From: an uncultured Rhodospirillaceae bacterium | Lineage (GTDB): Bacteria > Pseudomonadota > Alphaproteobacteria > Rhodospirillales > UBA2165 | DNA length: 64,000 nucleotides | Direction: 5' to 3' | NCBI GenBank assembly: GCA_964574215.1 | Contig: CAZNLR010000010.1 | Coordinates: 9,954 to 73,953, forward strand | Part shown: positions 18,424-27,034 of the stretch, piece by piece | Position numbering within the stretch: the stretch's first letter is position 1 | Layout: every line of letters begins with the position of its first letter | Position numbers and translations under genes: made by a program | The notes under the pieces: model-generated | What the model saw: the letters and a program-made list of their open reading frames with translations, nothing else | The model's database searches: none | Told to the model about the DNA's origin: nothing

Positions 18424-19599
18424 CTAATTTACATGGTTCGATAGGATAATCACCACCGAGTTGCTGATGGAGCGGCCGCCCACATTGTGTTGCAACCCGT
18501 AGCCGTTTTTGATTTCCACTTGGCGCTCACCCGCTTCCTCGCGCAGATGCCAATAGAGTTCGCAACATTGGGCGACGCCCGTCGCCCCCAGGGGGTGGCC
18601 CTTGCACAACAGGCCGCCGCTGACATTTACCGGCAGGTCGCCGTCCCGTTCGGTGACGCCTTTTTCGATCAGGTGCTTGGCGTCGCCCCGGTCACAAAAC
18701 CCTAAATCTTCGTAGTCGATGATTTCGGTGATGGAGAAGCAATCATGCACTTCGGCGATATCCAACTGGTCCGGCGCAATGCCCGCCATGGTGTAGGCCT
18801 CTTTGGCGGACTTCACGGTCGCTTCGTAAGACGTATAGGATTCCACCTCGTGCTGATAATAATAATCGGTGCCGCAACCCATGCCCGCAATGTAGACCGG
18901 CTTGTCGGTGAACTTTTCGGCGATGTCGGCGTTGCAGATCAATAAACATGCCGCACCGTCGGTCTGGGGGCAGCAATCGAGAATATTAAGAGGCTCACAG
19001 ACGGTGGGCGATTTCATGACGTCTTCCACGGTGATTTCCGACTGGAACTGGGCATATGGGTCCAGGACGCCGTTTTTTCTGTTTTTAACCGCGACTTGGG
19101 CCATCTGTTCCTTGGTGAGGCCGTATTCGTGCATATAGCGGATGGCTTTGGGGGCGAACATGGTCATAGCCGTCTCGCCCAATGTCAGCAAAGGATGGCC
19201 CTGAACGGCAATGCCCAACAAGCCGCTGGTGGGCGCATCCCGCATTTTTTCGTAGCCGGCCACCAAGGCAACATCGTAGATACCCGACGCCACCCCGAAG
19301 GCGGCGTTGCGCAGCGTGTCGCTGCCGGTGGGGCAGCCGTTTTCCACGCGGGTGCAGGGGATGCCCGCCAATCCCAAATGACCCACCAGGCTGACGCCGC
19401 CCTGGGCGCCCTGGCCGTGCAGTTCGGGCCGTGCCGTGCCGATCCAGGCGGCCTGGATATCCTTGGGGTCCATGCCTTTGTCGACGCTGGCCAGACATGC
19501 CAGATAGGCTTCCTCCAGCATGACCTCCCAGCTTTTCTCAAAAAGCTCGCCAAACGGAATCATGCCCGCGCCGACCAAGGCCACCCGGTTCCAACCCAT
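18424..19599 (-). CDS. SCP-x-type thiolase (thiolase-like, non-AtoB type)
   Basis: 391 aa. The nucleophile context VENGCPTGS and the C-terminal motifs EVHDCF and GGLLCKGHPLGATG are retained. Its start overlaps the upstream gene's stop by 1 nt. Confidence 0.8.
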   Translation of the reverse strand: MGWNRVALVGAGMIPFGELFEKSWEVMLEEAYLACLASVDKGMDPKDIQAAWIGTARPELHGQGAQGGVSLVGHLGLAGIPCTRVENGCPTGSDTLRNAAFGVASGIYDVALVAGYEKMRDAPTSGLLGIAVQGHPLLTLGETAMTMFAPKAIRYMHEYGLTKEQMAQVAVKNRKNGVLDPYAQFQSEITVEDVMKSPTVCEPLNILDCCPQTDGAACLLICNADIAEKFTDKPVYIAGMGCGTDYYYQHEVESYTSYEATVKSAKEAYTMAGIAPDQLDIAEVHDCFSITEIIDYEDLGFCDRGDAKHLIEKGVTERDGDLPVNVSGGLLCKGHPLGATGVAQCCELYWHLREEAGERQVEIKNGYGLQHNVGGRSISNSVVIILSNHVN

Positions 19600-21056
19600 C
19601 AGTTGCTCCCCCCATTAATTCTAACGGGTCTAAAGACGTTGCCGTAGACGGCCACACCCTCCTGGGTGACAATTTTGCGCATCACCAGTTCGACCGGCAT
19701 ATCGATTTCCACATCGTCGGAAGTGCGAATTTCCGTGCCCAGCGCTCGGTAGCGATTGCCGTCATCCAGATCACCGATGATTAACGCCTGTGGCGCGGTA
19801 AGGGGTGGCGGTACATAGAGACTGAGGCAATAAGTGTGAACCGTACCGTTCCGGGACAATACCCAAGGGTCGAAGTCCGTACCACCGCAGCGGACGCATA
19901 TTTTTCTTATGGTGGCGGGATAACAGATATAGCCGCACGCCGTACACTTAATGGCGTCTCGCCGCCTGATTTCCCTGCCGTCCCGCCACAAGGCGGCGGA
20001 TGCAGGGGGCAGGCCGATCTTGGTTGGCGTATCCTGTTTTTCCAGCGTTCCTTTCATTCGGGCAAAGGCGACGTATTCCTCTACAGGGAAATTATCCTCG
20101 ACATAGGAGGAAACAGATTTAGACCGGTCTTTGATCGTTACGATAGCATCGGTCACGCGCAGCGAGACGGCGTCGCTGGCGCCGGACCCATAGGAGAGAA
20201 CCAGCACCCGTTGTCCCGGTTCGGCGTGATCCAAAATATCGGCGAGTCCGACCATTGCCGATGCCGCGCCCAGATCGCCCAAAGAATTAAATATATTACC
20301 GTGGCTAAAATGATCCTGACTGGCGCCAAGGGTTTTGACCATTCCTTTCACCATGCCGGCGTTGGGTTGTTGCAGGACGACATGGTCGAAATCACCAATG
20401 CCGGCCTGGAGTTTTTCCAGCAATCCGGTGGCGGCCGCTTCCATATGCTGCTTGTAACCGTAGTCCCGGGTAAAGCGCGGTTCGTATTCCTTGACGTATG
20501 GGCTGTCCGCATCCCGCCAGCGGTCGACAAAATTTGTAGCGTGGCTATAGGTTGCCTCAATTTCAGCGATAACGTTTTTCGTTCCCAACAGGAACGCCGC
20601 CGCGCCATCGCCGCAGTTCAGCTCCTCCTGGCTGCCCGCCGCTGCCGCACGCTCCTCGGCGCCGACCACCAGCCCGCTTTTGATGCGGCCCGACGCCACC
20701 GCGTCCTGGCAGGCTTTGAAAGCAGCGAAACTGGCCCGGGGTGAAGCGGTGAAATCGGCGTAATCGATCTCGTTACCGGCCCGCAGAACTTCGCCGATCA
20801 CACCCAGGGAAGAATGTTCGAAATCGAGGGCGGAGCCGGTGCCGAAATAGAGAGCGTTAAGGTCGGTGGCGCAGTCGATACCGGCATGGCTGACGGCGTT
20901 AAAGGCGGCCTCGGCGGCCATGGTGATGACATCTTCATCCGGACCGGCCACGGCATTGTTACCACGTCCACGGGACGACCATGCCTGGCCGATGACCGCG
21001 CGGTCGATGCGGTATTTGGGGATATAGACCCCGTATCCGGTAATGCCCACTGCCAT
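19599..21056 (-). CDS. HMG-CoA-synthase/KAS-III-fold domain fused to a DUF35 (Zn-ribbon + OB-fold) module
   Basis: 485 aa. The N-terminal ~345 aa align by eye to HMG-CoA synthase (FGTGS, NCGDGAAAFLLG, LSYGSGAS). The C-terminus has CTAC-x12-CVRC followed by an OB-fold-like segment, as in DUF35 proteins. Confidence 0.7.
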   Translation of the reverse strand: MAVGITGYGVYIPKYRIDRAVIGQAWSSRGRGNNAVAGPDEDVITMAAEAAFNAVSHAGIDCATDLNALYFGTGSALDFEHSSLGVIGEVLRAGNEIDYADFTASPRASFAAFKACQDAVASGRIKSGLVVGAEERAAAAGSQEELNCGDGAAAFLLGTKNVIAEIEATYSHATNFVDRWRDADSPYVKEYEPRFTRDYGYKQHMEAAATGLLEKLQAGIGDFDHVVLQQPNAGMVKGMVKTLGASQDHFSHGNIFNSLGDLGAASAMVGLADILDHAEPGQRVLVLSYGSGASDAVSLRVTDAIVTIKDRSKSVSSYVEDNFPVEEYVAFARMKGTLEKQDTPTKIGLPPASAALWRDGREIRRRDAIKCTACGYICYPATIRKICVRCGGTDFDPWVLSRNGTVHTYCLSLYVPPPLTAPQALIIGDLDDGNRYRALGTEIRTSDDVEIDMPVELVMRKIVTQEGVAVYGNVFRPVRINGGSN

Positions 21057-21065
21057 GGGAATATC

Positions 21066-21938
21066 TTAGCCTTTTTTACTGTGGTCGTAGAATCCTTTGC
21101 CGGTTTTAATGCCCAGATGACCCGCCGACACCATTTGACGCAGCAGCGGCGACGGCCGGAACCTGTCCCCCAATTTATGGGTCAGGTCGTCCAAGATCAT
21201 CAGGATGGTTTCCAAACCGATCAAATCGGAAAGTTCCAACGGACCCATCGGCCAATTGAACCCGTAACGGCAGGCCGCGTCGATATCTTCGGGCGAACTG
21301 ACGCCGTCGGCCAGGGTGTGGATGCCTTCGTTGATCATAATGATGCCGACCCGAGACGAGACAAAGCCGGGATAATCCTTGCAGGGGACGGGCGCCTTGC
21401 CGACCTCGGCCAGGAATTTGATCATCGTTTCCGTCGTTTCCGGGGCAGTGGAAAATCCATTGACCACCTCGACCAGTTTCATCACCGCGGGCGGGTGGTG
21501 AAAATGAGTGCCGATGGTCCGCCCCGGGTGTTTGGTCTGGTTCATCACATCGGTAATGGGCAACGCCGACGTGGTGGTCGCCAGGATAACGTTCTCCGGC
21601 ATCAGGGCATCCAAATCCGTCGCGATTTTGCGCTTGATATCGACGTTTTCGGGCGCCGCTTCGATAACCATATCGACATCCGCTGCCTCTTCGTAACTTT
21701 TGACCAAAGAAAGCCGTGAGGCGATGTCCTTGAAATCGGCCTCCGTGTATCTGCCTTTTTCGACGCCGCGGTTGACCGCCGCCAGAATTTTATCGTGGCC
21801 CTTTTGAGCGGCTTCTTCGGAGGCATCGAATAATTTGACCTCGGCGCCGCCGGTGACACAAACCTGGGCGATGCCGTGGCCCATTTGCCCTGCGCCCACA
21901 ACCAGTACTTTTTTAATATCCAAGGTGATCCCTCCCAT
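21066..21938 (-). CDS. 3-hydroxyacyl-CoA dehydrogenase (Hbd-like)
   Basis: 290 aa with VLVVGAGQMGHGIAQV. ATG 21938 has no SD. The sequence ATGGGAGGGATCACCTTG suggests the true start may be the TTG five codons downstream, using GGGAGGG as its SD. Confidence 0.85.
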   Translation of the reverse strand: MGGITLDIKKVLVVGAGQMGHGIAQVCVTGGAEVKLFDASEEAAQKGHDKILAAVNRGVEKGRYTEADFKDIASRLSLVKSYEEAADVDMVIEAAPENVDIKRKIATDLDALMPENVILATTTSALPITDVMNQTKHPGRTIGTHFHHPPAVMKLVEVVNGFSTAPETTETMIKFLAEVGKAPVPCKDYPGFVSSRVGIIMINEGIHTLADGVSSPEDIDAACRYGFNWPMGPLELSDLIGLETILMILDDLTHKLGDRFRPSPLLRQMVSAGHLGIKTGKGFYDHSKKG

Positions 21939-22198
21939 AAATATAACAAAAAACGAACGACCGTTTTTAAAATATTATGTGCTTAATTTAACCTTGTCAA
22001 CGGCGTCCGGCCAAGCCGGAAATTCGGTTTCGAAAGCCGTGAATGGAGTGATTTTTTACCTGAATTGCCGGACAAGTAAGTTGTATTTCAAGGTACGATT
22101 AGACAATAATAGCGATCCGGTTGTATTTTTACAGTCGGTTAAATGCTCGTCAGTCCACGCTTTATCGGCGTTGGGTATGATTGTAGGGAAAATTAACA

Positions 22199-22564
22199 AT
22201 GCCTAGAATTTTGGTAATTGACGATGAGGAAATGGTCCGGGAAACGCTGCGTTTGGTTCTTGAAAACAAGGGCTATGAGGTTGAAGAAGCGGAGAACGGC
22301 GCCGATGGCATTGATTTGCAGCGGAAAAATCCTTTTGATCTGATCATTACGGACATTCTTATGCCCACCCAAGAAGGGATAGGAACCATCGTCGAGTTGA
22401 AAAAAGAATTTAAAGACATCCGGATCATCGCAATTTCCGGCGGTGGACGGACCGATAAAGTCGACTATTTGGAAAGCGCGTCCATGCTGGGCGCCAACAA
22501 GGTCCTGGCCAAGCCTTTTTCCAACGAAGAGCTTGTTTTATCGGTGGAGGAATGTCTTCAATAA
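22199..22564 (+). CDS. Single-domain response regulator (CheY-like receiver)
   Basis: 121 aa with ILVIDDE, the phospho-acceptor context LIITDILMP, and KPF. There is no output domain, and no histidine kinase in the window. Confidence 0.85.
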   Translation: MPRILVIDDEEMVRETLRLVLENKGYEVEEAENGADGIDLQRKNPFDLIITDILMPTQEGIGTIVELKKEFKDIRIIAISGGGRTDKVDYLESASMLGANKVLAKPFSNEELVLSVEECLQ

Positions 22565-22667
22565 GGGACATTGATCTGCGACGTACAAAAATTTAGCTCA
22601 ATAGCTGTCGTTTTTTCGAAAAGCCGAAGAACTAAAAAAAATGCTCGGACTTTAAGGGGGCGTATAA

Positions 22668-24215
22668 ATGTTGAATCTCTGGCAGGCCTTGGACCGCACC
22701 ATTCGCCACAATTTGGATCGCACGGCGATCGTCGAAAAAATCGATGGCACCGCTTCCACCATGTCTTGGCGCGAGTTCGGCGAACGCGTTGGAAAATCTT
22801 CCGGTGTTTTGAAAGACCAAGGCGTATCCGAAGGGGCTGGATACGGCATATGTATGAAAAATTCCGCTCGTTTCGATGAGATCAAGTGGGCCGGATTTAG
22901 AGCCGGTGCCATCCCGGTGCCCATCAACTGGCGGCTGGCGCCACCCGAGATCGTGCATATCCTGGAAGACTCGGGCGCCGAAACGGTTTTTGTCGAAGCC
23001 GATTTTCTGCCGCTGTTCGAGGCGCCGGAATTGCAGCCGTGGCGCGACAAGCTGATATGCACCGATACGCCGGAGAATGGATCGGACTATTTGGTTTACG
23101 ACGATTTGTTCGAAAAGGCGGGGACCCCCGCGGCGGCTGATGTCGATCCGGAAGAAGACGCCATCCTTCTCTACACTGGCGGCACCACCGGCCGCAGCAA
23201 AGGCGTACGGCTTAGCCACACCAATATCTACACCTGCGCGGTGGCTTATACGATGGGACTGCAGGGCAAACCGGATGATGTCTATCTGCACGTGGCGCCC
23301 ATGTTTCATTCAGCTGATTTGCTGGCGACCGGCTGGTTTCTAATCGGCGCCGGGCAGGCCTATCTGCCCATGTTTTCGCCGCCCGCTCTCTTCGATGCCA
23401 TTGAAATATGCAGCGTAACCGTCGTCATATTGGTCCCGACGATGGTCATTATGACGCTCAACGATCCAAGTTTTGCCGCCTTTGACAGATCGAGCCTGCG
23501 CCGCATCGCCATTGGATCGGCGCCGCTCGCCCCGGAGCTTTCCAAAGGGCTGGCGGACAACTTCCCCGATGTCGGATTGTCCAATACTTACGGTCTGACG
23601 GAAGTGGCGCCCGATTTGACCATATTCGAACCCGATGAATTCAGGGAAGCCATTGATAAGGATTTGCCCCACCGGGCGTCGGTGGGTAAGCCAAACGTGT
23701 TTGTCGATCTCAAAGTCGTGGACGAGGACGGACAGGAAGTCGAACAGGGCGAGAGTGGTGAATTGTGGGCGCGCGGACCCAATATTATGAAAGGATATCT
23801 GAACCTGCCGGAACAAACGGCAGAGGTTCTGGTGGATGGCTGGTTCAAAACCGGCGATGTCGCGCGGTTTGACGAAAACGGTTACGTTTATCTGCTGGAC
23901 CGCACCAAGGATATGATCATCACCGGCGGCGAGAACGTCTATTCCACCGAAGTGGAAAACGTGTTGTACAAACACCCCGATGTTATGGAATGCGCCGTCA
24001 TCGGCGTCGCCGACGACAAGCTAGGCGAAAAACTGATGGCGGTGATTGTCCGGCGGCCCGATACCGACCCGACCCCGGTGGACATCATTGCGCATTGCCG
24101 GGAATCCATCGGCGGCTATAAGATACCGAGGCATATCGAATTTGTCGACGCCATGCCCAAAAACGCCATGGGAAAAATTCTCAAGAACGAATTGAGGGAA
24201 ATCTATAGCCAATGA
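22668..24215 (+). CDS. AMP-forming acyl-CoA synthetase/ligase
   Basis: 515 aa. AMP-binding motifs are LLYTGGTTGRSKGV, YGLTE and WFKTGDVARFDENGYVYLLDRTKDMIITGGENV. Confidence 0.85.
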   Translation: MLNLWQALDRTIRHNLDRTAIVEKIDGTASTMSWREFGERVGKSSGVLKDQGVSEGAGYGICMKNSARFDEIKWAGFRAGAIPVPINWRLAPPEIVHILEDSGAETVFVEADFLPLFEAPELQPWRDKLICTDTPENGSDYLVYDDLFEKAGTPAAADVDPEEDAILLYTGGTTGRSKGVRLSHTNIYTCAVAYTMGLQGKPDDVYLHVAPMFHSADLLATGWFLIGAGQAYLPMFSPPALFDAIEICSVTVVILVPTMVIMTLNDPSFAAFDRSSLRRIAIGSAPLAPELSKGLADNFPDVGLSNTYGLTEVAPDLTIFEPDEFREAIDKDLPHRASVGKPNVFVDLKVVDEDGQEVEQGESGELWARGPNIMKGYLNLPEQTAEVLVDGWFKTGDVARFDENGYVYLLDRTKDMIITGGENVYSTEVENVLYKHPDVMECAVIGVADDKLGEKLMAVIVRRPDTDPTPVDIIAHCRESIGGYKIPRHIEFVDAMPKNAMGKILKNELREIYSQ

Positions 24216-26938
24216 CTTCGATCCCTCGGGACAAAAAACGGATACCAGTTTACTGCCATCAGTGCACGTCGGGACCCGACATGCTGACCGTAGAGGTGGA
24301 CGACGGCATTGCCACCCGTATTGAATCGAATTACGAGCTCGCCGGCATTCACCCGGGTGACGGCCGGGTCTGCGTCAAGGCGTATGGTTTGATCCAGAAA
24401 ACCTACAATCCCAACCGCATCAAACAGCCCATGAAACGGACCAATCCCAAAAAGGGGCGGGAGCATGACCCCGGCTTTGCACCGATATCATGGGAAGAAG
24501 CCTTTGACATCGTCGGCGAAAAATTGCGTTCGATCCGCGCCAAGGGTGTACGCGACGAGACCGGTGCACCGCGTCTGGCTGCCAGCTTCGGCGGCGGCGG
24601 CACGCCTATCCGCTATATGGGAACCTTGCCCGCTTTTTTGGCGGCTTGGGGACCGGCGGATTTGGGCTTCGGTTCGGGCCAGGGGGTGAAATGCTATCAT
24701 TCGGAGCATCTTTACGGTGAATTATGGCACCGGGCCTTTATCGTTGCTCCGGACACCCCCTATGTCCGCTATGTAATAAATTGCGGCAACAACGTCGAAG
24801 CGGCGGGCGGCGTCGCCGGTGTCAAACGTCATGCCGATGCGCGGGTTCGGGGACAGAAAAGGGTGCAGGTGGAACCTCACCTGTCGGTAACCGGCGCGGT
24901 TTCCGCCGAATGGGTGCCGATCAAACCAAAAACCGACGCGGCGTTTTTGTTCGGCCTGATCCACCGGATCATCATCGAGCGCGACTGGCAGGATGTGTGC
25001 GACGTGCCCTTCCTGAAAGACATGTCCAACTCGCCCTATCTGGTGGGCCCCAACGGCTACTATCTGCGCGATCCGGAAAGCGAAAAGCCGCTGGTCTGGG
25101 ACCAGACGGAAAATTCGGCCAAATCATACGATCAGGAAAGAAACGATCCCGCCATGACCGGACATTATGAAGTCTCGGGATTGGAAATCGGGCCGGACAA
25201 TCAGCGGTGGTCGCACGATGCAATTTCGGCCAGTCCGTCATTCCAGGTTCTGATCGACCATATGGCACCCTATTCACCGGACTGGGCTGCCGATGAGTGC
25301 GAGGTGCCGGCGGAGACCATTCGCCGCATTGCCGATGAATATCTGGACAACGCCTGCATCGGCGAGACCATTGAGATCGAGGGGGAGACCATGCGCTTCC
25401 GGCCGGTCGCCGTGACCCTGGGTAAGACGGTCAACAACGGCTGGGGCGGCTATCACGCCTGCTGGGCCCGGACCATGCTGGCGGTTTTGGTGGGGGCGCT
25501 GGAAACACCGGGTGGCATCATAGGATGCCGCGTCCAGTTGGTCAGACCGGCCGACAGCCGGACCGGTTCGGCATTGCCGGGACCGGACGGCTTTATGAAC
25601 TATAAATTCAATGAAACCTCCGCCAACGGATGGATACGGACGCCGGAAATCCGCAACGCTTTTTCGACATTGGTGCCGCTGGTGTCGAATTCGCCTTGGT
25701 CGCCGGCGCTGGGTCCAGCCCATTTGCCGTGGTTGTTCCAAAAAGAGCCGCCCAAAAACTGGCCGCGCCAGAGCCTGCCGGAAATGTGGATATGCTACCG
25801 CACCAATCCGGCCATATCGTCCTGGAAAGCGGCGGACGTGGCCGAAAGGATCGCCGAATTCCCCTTTACCGTGGCCTTCGCCTACACCGATGATGAAACC
25901 AACCACATGGCGGATATTCTGCTGCCCGAGGCGACTGATCTGGAAAGCCTGCAGCTGATTCGCATCGGTGGTACCACCTACACCGAAAATTTCTGGCGCC
26001 AGGAAGGGTGGGCCATCCGCCAGCCGGCGGTGGATCCGGTTCACGACAACAGGGATATGACCGACATCGCCACGGAACTGGCGCGCCAGGCGGGTGTGCT
26101 GGAGGAATACAACAAGGCGGTCAATTCGGGGGCTGCGGGGGCCAAGCTCAAAGACGAGGATTTCGACTATTCTCTCGATCCCGGAACCGTTCATAGCCGG
26201 GACGACATCTGGGACGCTCATTGCAAGTCGGCCAGCCACCAATTGTCGGATGGCGATGAGGTCAACGGTCTGGACTGGTTCAAGGATAACGGTTTCATGC
26301 TGCGCGATTTTTCCCAGTTGCAGTGGTATCTCCAGCCGTTCCTTGAGCGCCAGAATCTGCGTTTTGAATTACCCTATCAGGAAAGGCTGACCCGTCACGG
26401 ACGGGAACTTGCTAACCGGCTGAAAGAGACCGGTATCGATTGGTGGGACAGCCAGTTGGAGGAGTACGAGTTCCTACCCACCTATCATTCATTTTCCGAT
26501 ATCTGGCTGAATTACGCCGAAGAATATGACCGGGATCCGGGCGAATTCCCGTTTTGGGCGCTGACTTCCCATACCATGCAGTATCAATGGGGCGGTAACG
26601 TCGGCATTCCGATTATCAAGGAAGTCGCCGACAACGTCACCGGACACAAAGGTATCATCATCAACCGATCCAAGGCGCATTCCATGGGCATCGAAGACGG
26701 CGACCAGGTGACGATTGAATCCGTTGCCGGGGAAACGTCCGGCCGGGCGCAACTCCGCGAAGGTATTCGTCCCGACACGGTCTTGATGATCGGGCAATTT
26801 GACCACTGGAAAACGCCGGTTGCCAAGGATTTCAATCTGCCGAGTTTGAACTCGGTTACCGATTTATCGCTCAAACTGACGGATTCTTCCGGCAGCGGCG
26901 CTGATCTCATGCGGGTAAAGATTTCCCCCTGCTTGTGA
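24212..26938 (+). CDS. Molybdopterin (bis-MGD, DMSO-reductase superfamily) oxidoreductase, cytoplasmic, stand-alone catalytic subunit
   Basis: 908 aa. The start ATG overlaps the ligase stop (ATGA). The N-terminal Cys segment is C15-x2-C18...C54. The C-terminal beta-barrel segment is INRSKAHSMGIEDGDQVTIESVAGETSGRAQLREGIRPDTVLM. There is no twin-arginine signal and no adjacent FeS or cytochrome subunit genes. Confidence 0.75.
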   Translation: MTSIPRDKKRIPVYCHQCTSGPDMLTVEVDDGIATRIESNYELAGIHPGDGRVCVKAYGLIQKTYNPNRIKQPMKRTNPKKGREHDPGFAPISWEEAFDIVGEKLRSIRAKGVRDETGAPRLAASFGGGGTPIRYMGTLPAFLAAWGPADLGFGSGQGVKCYHSEHLYGELWHRAFIVAPDTPYVRYVINCGNNVEAAGGVAGVKRHADARVRGQKRVQVEPHLSVTGAVSAEWVPIKPKTDAAFLFGLIHRIIIERDWQDVCDVPFLKDMSNSPYLVGPNGYYLRDPESEKPLVWDQTENSAKSYDQERNDPAMTGHYEVSGLEIGPDNQRWSHDAISASPSFQVLIDHMAPYSPDWAADECEVPAETIRRIADEYLDNACIGETIEIEGETMRFRPVAVTLGKTVNNGWGGYHACWARTMLAVLVGALETPGGIIGCRVQLVRPADSRTGSALPGPDGFMNYKFNETSANGWIRTPEIRNAFSTLVPLVSNSPWSPALGPAHLPWLFQKEPPKNWPRQSLPEMWICYRTNPAISSWKAADVAERIAEFPFTVAFAYTDDETNHMADILLPEATDLESLQLIRIGGTTYTENFWRQEGWAIRQPAVDPVHDNRDMTDIATELARQAGVLEEYNKAVNSGAAGAKLKDEDFDYSLDPGTVHSRDDIWDAHCKSASHQLSDGDEVNGLDWFKDNGFMLRDFSQLQWYLQPFLERQNLRFELPYQERLTRHGRELANRLKETGIDWWDSQLEEYEFLPTYHSFSDIWLNYAEEYDRDPGEFPFWALTSHTMQYQWGGNVGIPIIKEVADNVTGHKGIIINRSKAHSMGIEDGDQVTIESVAGETSGRAQLREGIRPDTVLMIGQFDHWKTPVAKDFNLPSLNSVTDLSLKLTDSSGSGADLMRVKISPCL

Positions 26939-27034
26939 TTATTCTTTCGAAAAATCAGGGTGGTCTTGGTTTTTTGCCAAATTTGCGAATAATATAGCAT
27001 CCAATTAATTGAGTGCCGGTCCTTTTGGGGGGAC

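Noticed and set aside
25274-26242. 322-aa minus-strand ORF inside the molybdopterin oxidoreductase gene
   Set aside because: It is a shadow ORF opposite a well-supported 908-aa CDS. It has no recognisable motifs, no SD, and an Arg/Pro/Gly-rich composition.
24212-26938. Calling the Mo enzyme a pyrogallol-phloroglucinol transhydroxylase / resorcinol hydroxylase large subunit
   Set aside because: The idea is attractive, given the aromatic context, the cytoplasmic location and the degenerate FeS motif. But those enzymes have an adjacent FeS beta-subunit gene, and none is present here. I also cannot verify sequence similarity without a search. The call is kept at the generic family level.
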